61,403 nt of DNA from Minisyncoccota bacterium (GTDB taxonomy: Bacteria; Patescibacteriota; Minisyncoccia; Phycocordibacterales; SBAW01), in NCBI GenBank assembly GCA_035510635.1, contig DATKGU010000006.1, forward strand, positions 1-61,403. The letters run 5' to 3'. The position numbers and the translations under genes are program-made. The number at the start of each line of letters is the position of its first letter. Positions within the stretch are counted from its first letter, which is position 1. Under the pieces are notes generated by a model. That model had not been told where the DNA came from and did not search any database. It saw only the letters and a list, made by a program, of their open reading frames with translations. Shown piece by piece: positions 24,215-34,405 of the stretch.

Positions 24215-25702
24215 CTACTGGGCATCCTTATGAGACTTAACCTCAATAATCGTCGACCCCGTTATGCCATTTATTTCTTTCTTAAGGGAGGCTCGCAGGT
24301 CATTATATTTTGAAATCTGACGGCACAACATCAGATACTCGCGCAATAGTGGCTCACTCCCGGGACTCAAAAGATTGTCAATCATAAGATCTTCGGGTTG
24401 CCCATGTTCTATCTGCCTTTTTCGTTCCTCAATTCTCCAAAGTTCTCCATGAAGGTACGCAAGCTTGTCGTATAGTGGTTGAATTTCGGGATAATGATTG
24501 AGGAGCGTTTCAACCCCGGGGCGGTACTGACTCCTCTCAAGCCGGACGTGTGCAAGCTTCTCGGGATCGTGCAAAAAATTCCGTTCTTTGGTCGCAAGAA
24601 TTGACTCATTATCAATGAACGCGGCATCCCCCACCGGCACCTGACGCACAAAGTTATCCTGCACAGAGCTTTTTGGAGAAGTTATTTTTGAATCGACGGC
24701 GGCAAGGATCGCTTCATCAGACACGTAGTACACGCATCGGCGGTATGGGTTTCCGTCTTCCCATTCCTCGCACGCCGTTCCCAAAATACCGCACCGACAG
24801 TGCTCCTTGTCCCAAAGAAGAACGGCGTTTGGGTTGTACGAAGGGAGCCACGCCGGCTCGCTTTGCTGTGCCAATATGACGCTCGGAGCATTGAGCACTC
24901 CCGCGATGTGGGTAGGCCCTGTGTCGACACCGATATACAGGGCGGCATGCTCGATAAGGCCCGCTTCTTCGAGAAGGGAGCACTGTACTGCAAGAAAGAT
25001 ATTCGAATCATCAGCTTTCAATACATTTGCACTTTTAATGTCGGCCTCCCCTCCTGTAATGACGATGCCGTACGTAGGATAGTGGCGGCGTAGTTTCTCG
25101 ATGAGGACTCTCCATCGGCGCAACGGCAGCGTTTTCCGAGTCGACATATGAGGAAACGGGTGGATGAGAATGTATGGCTGTTTTTCGAACGGAAATGGAG
25201 AGGACAGCGACGAGTGGAGTACCAGCTGCGGCGGCGTGCCTATGGGTTCCGTCGGCAGATGTACTGCAGACAACGCTTGGCGAATGCTGTCGATGTAGCT
25301 AACATGTTTGTCGTGGTCGATAACCACCGTATAGGGCGACCATCGCGACCCGTCGCGGTAGCCTACTATCGTGTCACCACGAATCCAAAAGAGCACGCAA
25401 AGCACCTTGATAACGCGAGGATGCGCATCGCACGAAGGAAGCATGGCAACAAGCGACCGTCGCGCAAAGAGGGGTAGCACGGCCAAGAGCGCCTTAACAG
25501 GCGTCTGCGGCATGAAGACAACCGTAACTTGCGGATACGCACGAACCAAGTCAGCAAGCAGCGGTCCGTTGCGGCGCACTACATAGTAAATGTGGAGCTC
25601 CGGCGTCAAGCGTACGAGCTCGGCAAAGAGCGAGGAGACCATCACTGCATCTCCAATATGGCCGCCGGTCGGAAGCCAGATGAGCTCTTTGTTAGTTCTC
25701 AT
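24215..25702 (-). CDS. Glycosyltransferase family 9 (heptosyltransferase-like) with a Cys-rich insert and a ~155-aa C-terminal extension
   Basis: GT9 motifs LIWLPTGGHIGDAVM and YIGVDTGPTHIAGVLNAPSVIL. Start trimmed to the internal Met (MRTNKELIW) at 25702, because the longest ORF (TTG 25927) overlaps the divergent flippase gene. Confidence 0.8.
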   Translation of the reverse strand: MRTNKELIWLPTGGHIGDAVMVSSLFAELVRLTPELHIYYVVRRNGPLLADLVRAYPQVTVVFMPQTPVKALLAVLPLFARRSLVAMLPSCDAHPRVIKVLCVLFWIRGDTIVGYRDGSRWSPYTVVIDHDKHVSYIDSIRQALSAVHLPTEPIGTPPQLVLHSSLSSPFPFEKQPYILIHPFPHMSTRKTLPLRRWRVLIEKLRRHYPTYGIVITGGEADIKSANVLKADDSNIFLAVQCSLLEEAGLIEHAALYIGVDTGPTHIAGVLNAPSVILAQQSEPAWLPSYNPNAVLLWDKEHCRCGILGTACEEWEDGNPYRRCVYYVSDEAILAAVDSKITSPKSSVQDNFVRQVPVGDAAFIDNESILATKERNFLHDPEKLAHVRLERSQYRPGVETLLNHYPEIQPLYDKLAYLHGELWRIEERKRQIEHGQPEDLMIDNLLSPGSEPLLREYLMLCRQISKYNDLRASLKKEINGITGSTIIEVKSHKDAQ

Positions 25703-25732
25703 TGGTATGCATAATAGCGTACTATAGATATT

Positions 25733-27022
25733 ATGGTAGAGCGACTCAAACATAGGGCGGTGAGCCTTCTGCGCTGGAGCGAGCAATATGTCAAGACCGA
25801 CATGGTGTATCTCGCCAGCGTATTTTTTTGGGGCAACATCACCGTCGTCACAACCTCGGTGCTCGCCCTCTTGCTTTCGATTGCCTATGCAAACCTTCTG
25901 CCAAAAGATGTCTATGGTACGTATCAATATCTCATAGCGCTCTCGGGGCTGGTCTCAGCTTTCATGCTTACCGGCATGGGCAACGCCGTCGTACAGGCTG
26001 TGGCACGCGGTTATGAGGGCACACTCAAAGCAGGCTTTCGCGCGCAACTGAAGTGGGCTTTGGTACCCGCGTTGGTGAGCGTTGGCATCGCTGTTTATTA
26101 CTTTATCCACGGCAATATCGAAATTGGTCTAGGGCTTCTTATCATAGCGGCATGCGCGCCGCTCGCGCAAGCCTATGGCACATATGGCAGCCTGCTCGAA
26201 GGCAAGCGGGATTTTCGGCGTCTTTTTTATTTTAGTTTTATCGTCAGCACCGCACCATACGTCGCCCTACTCATCGTGTTGTGGTGGGTCAAAATTCCTG
26301 TAGTACTCCTCCTCGTGAACCTAGGTGCCGGCGCACTTGCCGCTATATATGCCTACCGCAAGACACTCGCGCTCTACAAGCCCAATGACCGTGTAGACCC
26401 CAAGGCCATACCATACGGCCGGAATCTCTCGATCCTTGGCGCATGGGGCAGCATATTAACCCAGCTCGACTCAATTATGGTCTTCCATTTTTTGGGACCT
26501 GTGCCGCTTGCGGTGTACAGCTTTGCGACGCTTATACCCGAGCGGCTCGGCGGCATGTTCGGCTTTGTCGGTAGCGCATCACTGCCGAAATTTGCCACGC
26601 AGCCTCTGTCATATATACAGACGCACATCTCGTCAAAGATACTGCGTGTAGTGCTTGCCGGAGTTGCCGCCACACTCTTGTACGCGCTCTGTGCGCCGCT
26701 TTTCTTTAAGCTTCTCTTCCCCCGTTATATCGACGCTCTCCAGTATACGGAGCTCTATGCCCCGATTATCGTGCTCCTTGCCGTGACCGGCATTACCAAC
26801 TCGGTCTTTTATGCCAAGCGGCTTGTCCGCGAAATTTACCTGTACAGCATTGCGCAGCCATTGCTTCTCGTTGCACTCCAATTGCCGCTTATCTTGCGCT
26901 GGGGCATAGGAGGGATGGTCGTTGCGCGGCTCATTACCGACATCATCGCGGTATCCATCATGCTGTTTTTTATTTTTAGGCCGCTCAGCCGCCCCGAATC
27001 AGACGATGTTATCTCGATGTAG
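25733..27022 (+). CDS. Wzx-type polysaccharide/oligosaccharide flippase (MOP superfamily)
   Basis: 429 aa with about 12 TM segments. The N-terminal pattern SLLRWSEQYVKTDMVYLASVFFWGNI...LLPKDVYGTYQYL is typical of polysaccharide-biosynthesis flippases. Confidence 0.8.
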   Translation: MVERLKHRAVSLLRWSEQYVKTDMVYLASVFFWGNITVVTTSVLALLLSIAYANLLPKDVYGTYQYLIALSGLVSAFMLTGMGNAVVQAVARGYEGTLKAGFRAQLKWALVPALVSVGIAVYYFIHGNIEIGLGLLIIAACAPLAQAYGTYGSLLEGKRDFRRLFYFSFIVSTAPYVALLIVLWWVKIPVVLLLVNLGAGALAAIYAYRKTLALYKPNDRVDPKAIPYGRNLSILGAWGSILTQLDSIMVFHFLGPVPLAVYSFATLIPERLGGMFGFVGSASLPKFATQPLSYIQTHISSKILRVVLAGVAATLLYALCAPLFFKLLFPRYIDALQYTELYAPIIVLLAVTGITNSVFYAKRLVREIYLYSIAQPLLLVALQLPLILRWGIGGMVVARLITDIIAVSIMLFFIFRPLSRPESDDVISM

Positions 27023-28127
27023 TTTCGTTTTCATCCGCCCAGCCACCGAAGTTCGGTATCGAGCGGCTTTGTGACGAAAGCGCAAACCTCACCGAAGCGA
27101 GCATTGCCTCGTCGGTGATGTCGCAAAGACAGCGATAACATAGATGCCCGTCATCTTCCACAATGCACGGCTCACCTGAGTAGCAAGTACAACGACGCGA
27201 ATTGACCACAACGCGTGCGTTGGGGTTGTAGAGCGGACGCCAACGCCAATCGGCGTTATTGCTGATGATGATGCTCTTTTGCCCAAGCACGCATGCAAGA
27301 TGCGTAATGCCCGTGTCGACGCCGATGTAAAACGCGGCATTATCGATAATGCCCGCAACCTCAAGCATCGGTATTGACGAGCCTACATATGCAAACGCGT
27401 TCGGGACGGCGCGTACTATATCCTCCGCAAGAGTACGGTCTTTTTCGGCCCCGGTGATAATAATAGACAGCCCGGGATGTTCGCGTACGATTGCGGTGAG
27501 CAGAGACTTCCATCTGCGTGTTGAGAACGTGCGCAAGAATGACGAAGCAAACGGATGCACGACAATATACTCTCCTTTTTTAAAAGGAAAACTCTTTGGC
27601 ATGCTCTTACGGAGCAGTACATGGAGAGGGCGGCTATCGATGCGCGCCGCTTCGGCAGCACTAAATCCGAGATGCAGCAAAAGCGCACGATATTGTTGAA
27701 GAATCGGAATATCGGAAACGAGCGGGAGCACAAACCCGAGCGGAAGCCATCCTTTCCCTTCATTTGACGAAAGGTCGCCAAAACCCATTGTGCTATTTCC
27801 ACAAAGTCCAAAAATGAAGAAGAACATTTTCAGATGCAGCGAGTACCGCTCGGCAACGCCAAGCGCCACGAGCGTGCGCGGCTCGCGCAAGAGCTTAAGG
27901 AAAAAAGGGATTGATGCAAATCCCGAAGGAATCTGCCGCACTTCTATCTGCTGATACGCGTGCGCCAAGTCTGCAATAATTGAGGCATTGTGCCGCGTAA
28001 TCATGCAAAACGACGCGTGCGGATCAAGCCTCAGAATGTCATCAAAAAACGCAATCGCCATGAGCGAATCGCCGATAGGACCGAACATGGGGGCAAGAAT
28101 CGAGTGCGACTTCATCGGAAAAATCAT
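27009..28127 (-). CDS. Glycosyltransferase family 9 (heptosyltransferase-like)
   Basis: MFGPIGDSLMAIAF and YIGVDTGITHLACVLGQKSIIIS. The ATG overlaps the upstream stop (ATGA at 28124-28127). Confidence 0.8.
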   Translation of the reverse strand: MIFPMKSHSILAPMFGPIGDSLMAIAFFDDILRLDPHASFCMITRHNASIIADLAHAYQQIEVRQIPSGFASIPFFLKLLREPRTLVALGVAERYSLHLKMFFFIFGLCGNSTMGFGDLSSNEGKGWLPLGFVLPLVSDIPILQQYRALLLHLGFSAAEAARIDSRPLHVLLRKSMPKSFPFKKGEYIVVHPFASSFLRTFSTRRWKSLLTAIVREHPGLSIIITGAEKDRTLAEDIVRAVPNAFAYVGSSIPMLEVAGIIDNAAFYIGVDTGITHLACVLGQKSIIISNNADWRWRPLYNPNARVVVNSRRCTCYSGEPCIVEDDGHLCYRCLCDITDEAMLASVRFALSSQSRSIPNFGGWADENETTSR

Positions 28128-29122
28128 TTTTTAAAAATAAAGTCTTCCCCACCCCGCGGAGATACTCCGACGGACAAATCTCCTTTTGCTTCCTGGAGTT
28201 CGCCCTCGTCGTCCATGCGAAATGAACGATACCCCATGCCTCGCAACCTTTCTGCGGCGCCCATCGATAGCTCCCACTTATTTTCTTTGCCCCAAATTTC
28301 CATGGCAATGACCGGTGCGTTCGAAGCAAAAAACCTTTCGCCTCCCTTGATAATCTGCTCCTCTGCGCCCTCAGCATCTATTTTGAGGACCGTGGGCTTT
28401 GCGTGTGCCGCGACATAGGCATCAAGGGTCATGGTAGGTACGGTAATTTTCTTTGTTGTGCTATGGCCCTGACCCGCAAACCCTTCGGCAACAGCGGCAT
28501 TAATGGTACTGACCATGGTTGAGTCTGTGGTGTAAAAACTAACAGAGCCTTCCCTTTCGGAGAGCGCGGCGATGTTTATGATAAGGCGCTCATGTGCGCG
28601 CACGTTCTTTTTAATACCATCTGCCAGCTTTTGCATGGGTTCGAAGGCGTGCACTTCTTTGCATAACTCAGCAGCTAAAAACGTGTAAAAGCCGCGGTTT
28701 GCTCCAATATCGTAAAACACATCATCCTCCTTGAGATTTGTTATAAGGAACTTTGTCAGTTTCAATTCAGCTCCGCGTCCGCCATACATGTACAGTATCA
28801 GCGCGTCATAATCATTGAGAGGAAACCATACCGTACGCCCCCAAAAAAGCTTGATCGGGCTAGAGAGCCAACGGGACATGCCGGCTTTGGCATACAGCAA
28901 ATATGGAATGTAAATACCGGGAGCTTTAAAGAGCCGCTCAATTTTTTTGAACACACCTCCCCCCTCGATGTATTCAAAACGCCGAGCACGGCGAAGCCGA
29001 TGTTGATATGACCGACTAGAAAGCGCCTCTATCATGTTTGTGCGTTTATCTTTTTGCATGCAGGTGTAGTATACCGCTCGATAAGAGTCTGGCCAAAGCA
29101 GCCTCAAATATGCCTTGCTCAA
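28124..29122 (-). CDS. FkbM-family SAM-dependent methyltransferase
   Basis: FYDIGANRGFYTFLAAELCKEVHAFEP and ALSEREGSVSFY. The track start 29122 is a TTG; ATG 29059 (MQKDKRT) is an alternative start. Confidence 0.8.
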   Translation of the reverse strand: MSKAYLRLLWPDSYRAVYYTCMQKDKRTNMIEALSSRSYQHRLRRARRFEYIEGGGVFKKIERLFKAPGIYIPYLLYAKAGMSRWLSSPIKLFWGRTVWFPLNDYDALILYMYGGRGAELKLTKFLITNLKEDDVFYDIGANRGFYTFLAAELCKEVHAFEPMQKLADGIKKNVRAHERLIINIAALSEREGSVSFYTTDSTMVSTINAAVAEGFAGQGHSTTKKITVPTMTLDAYVAAHAKPTVLKIDAEGAEEQIIKGGERFFASNAPVIAMEIWGKENKWELSMGAAERLRGMGYRSFRMDDEGELQEAKGDLSVGVSPRGGEDFIFKK

Positions 29123-29148
29123 GGTTCAATAAATTGTAGAATGCTTGG

Positions 29149-30363
29149 ATGAGATGCACGCTTTGCGGAAAGGAGAAATTATTGCAATTTCTTTCTCTGG
29201 GACATCAGCCTCCGAGTGACGCTTTTCTCAAGAAAGAGGATCTGGAAAAACCGGAGGTAACCTATCCGCTTGATCTTTTTTTCTGCAGTGCCTGTTCGCT
29301 TGTACAGCTTGGATATGCCGTCGACCCTGATATTCTTTTTCGAAAATACGTTTATAACACCGGTTCCAATAATAGCCTCAAGGCAAACTTTAAAGCGCTT
29401 GTTGGCAATATCATCAGCACATACCAGCTCAAAGCTGGAGATTTTGTCGTGGATATCGGCTCAAACGATGGCACGCTACTTGAAAATTATCTTCCCTACA
29501 ATATTGCGGTGCTAGGCATTGATCCGTCGAGCGCCACGTCGCTCGCACTCCAAAAGGGGATCCCCACTCTTGTCGATTACTTCGGTGCCGAAACAGCTAC
29601 AAAAGTCCGGCAGGAACGCGGCTCGGCAAAGATCATTACCGCAACAAATGTATTTGCGCATGTCAGGGAACTCGATTCGTTTATGCGCGGCATCAAAGAA
29701 CTTCTCGACGAAAAAGGCATCTTTATTTCGGAAAGCGGATATGTTGTCGACATGGTCGAGGGTATGCAATACGACTCTATCTACCACGAACACTTGCGCT
29801 ATTACAGTGTTATTTCTCTCAGCACTTTATTCGCACGCTACAATATGGAGATTATTGAGGTGGAACGCATTGCAAGCCATGGCGGCTCAATTCGGGTGTA
29901 TGCAGCGCACAAAGGCACGCGGCCCATTTCAAAAAATGTCACGGCGTTCTGTGAGCGCGAAAGAACGGACGGTTTTAATGCACTTCCGCGTTATCAACAA
30001 TTTGCCGCAGAAGTAGTTGCTACCAAATTTGCTCTACTCGATATTATGTATAGCTTTAAAAAAAGAGGAGCGCGTATCGCCGGCATAGGAGCACCCGCCA
30101 AAGGCAATACGCTTCTTAATTATTGCAGACTTGATACAACAATGATTGAATGCCTTACTGAAAAAAGCCCCTTGAAAATCGGTCTATACTCCCCCGGCAT
30201 GCATATCCCGGTTGTTGACGAACAATATCTCTTTGACGAGCAACCTGAAGCGGCGCTTTTGCTTTCTTGGAACTTGGCCGACGAACTTATGCCAAAAATA
30301 CGGCAAGCCGGATATAAAGGAACCTTCATCATTCCCAACCCCATCCCTAAATGTGTTAAATAA
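29149..30363 (+). CDS. NDP-sugar C-methyltransferase-type class I SAM methyltransferase
   Basis: N-terminal 4-Cys zinc-binding module (RCTLCGK ... FFCSACSLVQLG), SAM motif VVDIGSNDGTLL, and a C-terminal domain like the TylCIII-type C-methyltransferase architecture. Confidence 0.75.
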   Translation: MRCTLCGKEKLLQFLSLGHQPPSDAFLKKEDLEKPEVTYPLDLFFCSACSLVQLGYAVDPDILFRKYVYNTGSNNSLKANFKALVGNIISTYQLKAGDFVVDIGSNDGTLLENYLPYNIAVLGIDPSSATSLALQKGIPTLVDYFGAETATKVRQERGSAKIITATNVFAHVRELDSFMRGIKELLDEKGIFISESGYVVDMVEGMQYDSIYHEHLRYYSVISLSTLFARYNMEIIEVERIASHGGSIRVYAAHKGTRPISKNVTAFCERERTDGFNALPRYQQFAAEVVATKFALLDIMYSFKKRGARIAGIGAPAKGNTLLNYCRLDTTMIECLTEKSPLKIGLYSPGMHIPVVDEQYLFDEQPEAALLLSWNLADELMPKIRQAGYKGTFIIPNPIPKCVK

Positions 30364-30364
30364 T

Positions 30365-31156
30365 ATGCATCTTCCCAAACCATATTTAGGAATGGGCACC
30401 TGGGGCATGGGGGGCACCTATGAGCGCGACCCGAACAATAGTGATGCCTCTGTTGAGGCACTGCGTGTAGGACTCTCGCTTGGACTCAAAATAATTGATG
30501 TTGCCGAACTGTATGGAGCCGGATTGAGCGAAGAAATTGTCGGCCGCGCAATTAAAGGACAGCGCGGAGATGTGTATGTTATGAGCAAAGTGTGGAAGAC
30601 CAACCTGCATTATGACGACGTGCTTCGCGCGGCCGAGGGCAGCCTCAAGCGGCTCGACACTGACCACATTGACCTGTACCTTGTCCATTGGCCTAATCAC
30701 GAGATACCACTTTCGGAAACTATGCGCGCCATGGAAAGATTGGCGGATGACAAAATAATTAGCGCAATAGGCGTGAGCAATTTTCCCTCACAACTTATGG
30801 AAGAGGCGCAAAGCTATCTCACGCACACAAAAATAATTGCTAATGAATTCGAGTACAATCTGCTGACGCGCGAGGCCGAGAACGATATCATTCCCTACTG
30901 CCGCGCACACGACATAGACATTATTGCTTATCGTCCCCTCGCCAAGGGCGCACTTGCGAAGCAAACACATACGATACTCGCAGACCTCGCAAAAAAATAC
31001 GCAAAGACTCCAAACCAAATAGCTCTCAACTGGATACTTTCGCAAGACATGGTTGCCATTCCAAAATCCGGCAACCCGCTGCACATTAAAGAAAATGCGG
31101 GCTGTCTCGGCTGGGAACTCGCCAAAGAAGATATCGAGCGCTTACGCCATGCTTGA
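30365..31156 (+). CDS. Aldo/keto reductase
   Basis: LGMGTWGMGG, DLYLVHWP, IGVSNF. Start trimmed to ATG 30365 (MHLPKPYLG), 1 nt after the upstream stop. Confidence 0.85.
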   Translation: MHLPKPYLGMGTWGMGGTYERDPNNSDASVEALRVGLSLGLKIIDVAELYGAGLSEEIVGRAIKGQRGDVYVMSKVWKTNLHYDDVLRAAEGSLKRLDTDHIDLYLVHWPNHEIPLSETMRAMERLADDKIISAIGVSNFPSQLMEEAQSYLTHTKIIANEFEYNLLTREAENDIIPYCRAHDIDIIAYRPLAKGALAKQTHTILADLAKKYAKTPNQIALNWILSQDMVAIPKSGNPLHIKENAGCLGWELAKEDIERLRHA

Positions 31157-31191
31157 ACGCCCATATAAAGTAGCGTAGTATTGGCCTCTAT

Positions 31192-32331
31192 ATGGCAGAA
31201 AAAAAGAGAGCCCTCATAACGGGAATCACCGGCCAAGACGGCTCATATCTTGCCGAGCTTCTGCTTAAAAAGGGGTACCATGTGTTTGGTATCCAGCGCC
31301 GCGCGAGCCTGCCAAGTACCGCGCGAGTAGACCATCTCTACGAGGACACCGAGGAACCTCGTTTTGATATGCTCTACGGAGACTTGGCCGATAGCTCCAA
31401 TCTTTTTCGTATCATCAATAAAGTAAAGCCTCACGAGATATACAACCTTGGCGCGCAAAGTCATGTCGGCGTGAGCTTTGACAATGCCGAGTACACCGCC
31501 AACATCGACGCTCTGGGCCCTCTTCGGCTCCTCGAAATAATCCGCAATGTCGATTTCCCTATCCGTTTTTATCAGGCGTGCTCATCTGAGATGTTTGGCA
31601 AAATTCTCGAGATGCCGCAAAAAGAGACTACCCCTTTCAATCCACAATCGCCTTATGGGGCGTCAAAGGTTTTTGCTTTCAATGTTACTAAACTATATCG
31701 CACCGGATATGGACTCTTCGCGTCCAACGGCATCCTTTTCAACCACGAGTCGCCGCGCCGCGGAGTTAACTTTGTTACGCGCAAAATAACGCTCGGCCTC
31801 GCGCGCGTGAAGCTCGGGCTCCAGCCGCTTGTCCGCTTGGGCAATCTCGATGCAAAACGCGACTGGGGTTACTCCAAAGACTATGTGGAGGCTATCTGGC
31901 GCATCCTGCAACACCACGAGCCAGACGATTTTCTCATTGCAACCGGTGAGACCCATACAGTGCGTGAGTTTGTTGAAGAAGTTGCAAAAAATCTCGACAT
32001 GCCGCTGGTCTGGAAAGGAAAAGGCGTGGGAGAGCGGGGCGTCAACAAAAAAACGGGGCATACAATCGTGGAGGTCGACCCGCGATACTTTCGACCTAAT
32101 GAGGTTGATGTTTTACTTGGAGATTCTTCAAAAGCACGGCGGTTGCTTGGATGGAAACCAAAGGTTACGTTTAAACAGCTTGCTGCCATTATGGCAAAAG
32201 AGGATCTTGAGTATGCCAAACGTGAGGCGATTTTGCACAATCCAATAGCAAACCAGCGAAAATTTATGAGTTACGGTCTCCAAAATGGAAAAAATACTTC
32301 ACAACGGAAAAATCGTCGCAATAAAAATTGA
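31192..32331 (+). CDS. gmd: GDP-mannose 4,6-dehydratase
   Basis: [35 protein letters not shown]. Carries a basic C-terminal tail. Confidence 0.93.
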   Translation: MAEKKRALITGITGQDGSYLAELLLKKGYHVFGIQRRASLPSTARVDHLYEDTEEPRFDMLYGDLADSSNLFRIINKVKPHEIYNLGAQSHVGVSFDNAEYTANIDALGPLRLLEIIRNVDFPIRFYQACSSEMFGKILEMPQKETTPFNPQSPYGASKVFAFNVTKLYRTGYGLFASNGILFNHESPRRGVNFVTRKITLGLARVKLGLQPLVRLGNLDAKRDWGYSKDYVEAIWRILQHHEPDDFLIATGETHTVREFVEEVAKNLDMPLVWKGKGVGERGVNKKTGHTIVEVDPRYFRPNEVDVLLGDSSKARRLLGWKPKVTFKQLAAIMAKEDLEYAKREAILHNPIANQRKFMSYGLQNGKNTSQRKNRRNKN

Positions 32332-32686
32332 GTCGATGGCAATCGGTTCCAAACCGATAACACCGCCCGAAGAAGCACTCCAAGTGCTGACACTCAAACA
32401 CCCGAAGGGACAGCTTATTGCTCCCCATAGCCATGTTCCGCGGCGGCGGGAAACGGGAGTACTTCAAGAATGCCTTGTGGTTGTCCGCGGCAAACTTCGT
32501 GTATCATTTTTTGACGAAACGACCAATATGGCATTCACGCACATCGATATAGCTCAAGGCGAAGCTTGCATTACCCTCTCTGGCCCTCATAGTGTAGAGT
32601 TTTTAGAAGATTCCGAAGTTATTGAAATCAAAAACGGCCCCTATATCGACGATAAACAAACAATTGCTACACTGCCGTCAAAATAG
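32285..32686 (+). CDS. WbuC-like cupin-fold protein (putative sugar-nucleotide tailoring enzyme)
   Basis: 133 aa. The cupin core [33 protein letters not shown] resembles WbuC-family proteins of O-antigen clusters. It overlaps the gmd 3' end by 47 nt; an alternative start is the Met at 32336. Confidence 0.5.
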   Translation: MEKILHNGKIVAIKIESMAIGSKPITPPEEALQVLTLKHPKGQLIAPHSHVPRRRETGVLQECLVVVRGKLRVSFFDETTNMAFTHIDIAQGEACITLSGPHSVEFLEDSEVIEIKNGPYIDDKQTIATLPSK

Positions 32687-33484
32687 AAAAGTCGGTGTGT
32701 TGATTTGTTCAGATGTGGCTAAACGTTTTTTAGGAATGAAGTAACGGATAAGTTGCCGTATGGGACTGGGTACTAGGTGCCGCCATTTGCTAAAGAGGCC
32801 GGGATAACGGCGCCGGAGCGCCGCCGCCTCGATTGCCCACTCCTGCCCGGAGTTAACGCTGACGCTGTCGCTATTAAATACATGCTTCCACGTAATGCCG
32901 GTATACCACGCGAGGAGCGCCTTTCCCGACGTCAGCCGCAGCGTAAAATCGCCTTCCCAAAACCGGCTTGCGGTATCGGCCAGCCCAAACACGGGTATCG
33001 AGCTTCGACGCAATAGCATTCCCTGCTCGGCAATTTGAAATGGATGATATGGCAGTGTTTTCCACATCATAAAATCTTCTTCGCGGTGATACTCTTTTCC
33101 ATCATGCTGTATGCCGTTGCTCCCCAGCGCGTCTATCTCCGGATGCGCAAGCATAAACGCTTTGCATTTTTGTATCTCCTCAAAATAGTAGGTGTCATCA
33201 TCATTCATAATTTTCAGGAGCCCGCCGCGCGCCCTCAGCATCCCTTTATTTATCGCATGACTCTGTCCTTTATCGGGTTCCGAAACATACTGGTCTATAT
33301 CGCCGCGCTCGCATAACTCCTGCAAATAGAAGGGGGTGCCATCGGTACTGGCGCCATCAATGACAACAATCTCCTCATCTTTTTGTTTGTGGGCAATAAG
33401 GATCGAAAGAGCTTCCTGTAAATACGGCAATTTATTGCGCGTAACCATGATGTACGAAAGATTAATGGTGTGAGAATTTGGCAT
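32678..33484 (-). CDS. Glycosyltransferase family 2
   Basis: SYIMVTRNKLPYL, VVIDGASTDGT, and the DDD motif MNDDD. Confidence 0.85.
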   Translation of the reverse strand: MPNSHTINLSYIMVTRNKLPYLQEALSILIAHKQKDEEIVVIDGASTDGTPFYLQELCERGDIDQYVSEPDKGQSHAINKGMLRARGGLLKIMNDDDTYYFEEIQKCKAFMLAHPEIDALGSNGIQHDGKEYHREEDFMMWKTLPYHPFQIAEQGMLLRRSSIPVFGLADTASRFWEGDFTLRLTSGKALLAWYTGITWKHVFNSDSVSVNSGQEWAIEAAALRRRYPGLFSKWRHLVPSPIRQLIRYFIPKKRLATSEQINTPTFLF

Positions 33485-33526
33485 TGCAAATAGTATACGT
33501 CACTAATTCATATAGTCAGCAAAAAT

Positions 33527-34405
33527 CTACAACGCCCAGCGCACATACCATGCGGCGCAATAGAGGAAGCCGAGCGGGTCCCGCGCACGTACGGCGAGCT
33601 TCATGCCGGAGAGCGCGGCCGACCTGCCAAGATGCCGGTGCTCGGGCTTGTCGTAAAAGCGCGCGTGCGCGGGCAATATCCGCCGGTAAGCGCGGACAAA
33701 AGACGCCGGGTCGCGCCCTGCCGCAACACGACTTAAATGTTCCTCTTTATGAGAATAATCTGTCAAAACAATTTGTGCCGGCATATACCGCATACGGATG
33801 CCGTCACGCCCCATGAGTATCCACATCTCGCCCTCAAACCCGTTGATGTCGGCGGCAAAGAGATACATGGGGAAAAGCGTCCATTTAAAAACCGCCCAAT
33901 TTGCTGCCCCGCTGTACATTCGCCAGCCTTTGCCGGTCATAAGAGTCTCATAGGTGGGCTCATAGTACTGCTCGCCTTCGATAAATTGATACCCGCCGGG
34001 AACATCCCCGTCGGGGAGGTGCATAATGGTATTAAAGCAGAGTATCTGTACATCGGGCGGCACTTCGGCAACGCCGCGCGCGATAGCCTCAAACGCGCCG
34101 GGTAAAAACATATCATCGTCGTCGAGCGGCACCGCCCACTCGCCTTCTGCGAGATTTTTGAATGCTTCGTTGCGCGACGCATTTACGCCGAGGCTTTTTT
34201 CGTGATGCACCACTTTGATGCGGGGGTCGGTAAGCGACTCAAGGTACGCGCGGGTATCATCGGTCGAACCGTCATTGATAACCACGACGCGATACGCGCC
34301 GTACGCTTGAGCCAGCACGCTTTGCAAAGCGCGCTCAAGCAGCGAGCGGCGGTTTTTGGTCGGGATAACGATAACGAGACCTTTAAAATCTTTTGCGGAA
34401 GTCAT
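33527..34405 (-). CDS. Glycosyltransferase family 2
   Basis: VIVIPTKNRRSLLERAL, VVINDGSTDDT, PLDDDD. Start trimmed to ATG 34405 (MTSAKDF), forming an ATGA overlap with the upstream stop. Confidence 0.85.
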   Translation of the reverse strand: MTSAKDFKGLVIVIPTKNRRSLLERALQSVLAQAYGAYRVVVINDGSTDDTRAYLESLTDPRIKVVHHEKSLGVNASRNEAFKNLAEGEWAVPLDDDDMFLPGAFEAIARGVAEVPPDVQILCFNTIMHLPDGDVPGGYQFIEGEQYYEPTYETLMTGKGWRMYSGAANWAVFKWTLFPMYLFAADINGFEGEMWILMGRDGIRMRYMPAQIVLTDYSHKEEHLSRVAAGRDPASFVRAYRRILPAHARFYDKPEHRHLGRSAALSGMKLAVRARDPLGFLYCAAWYVRWAL

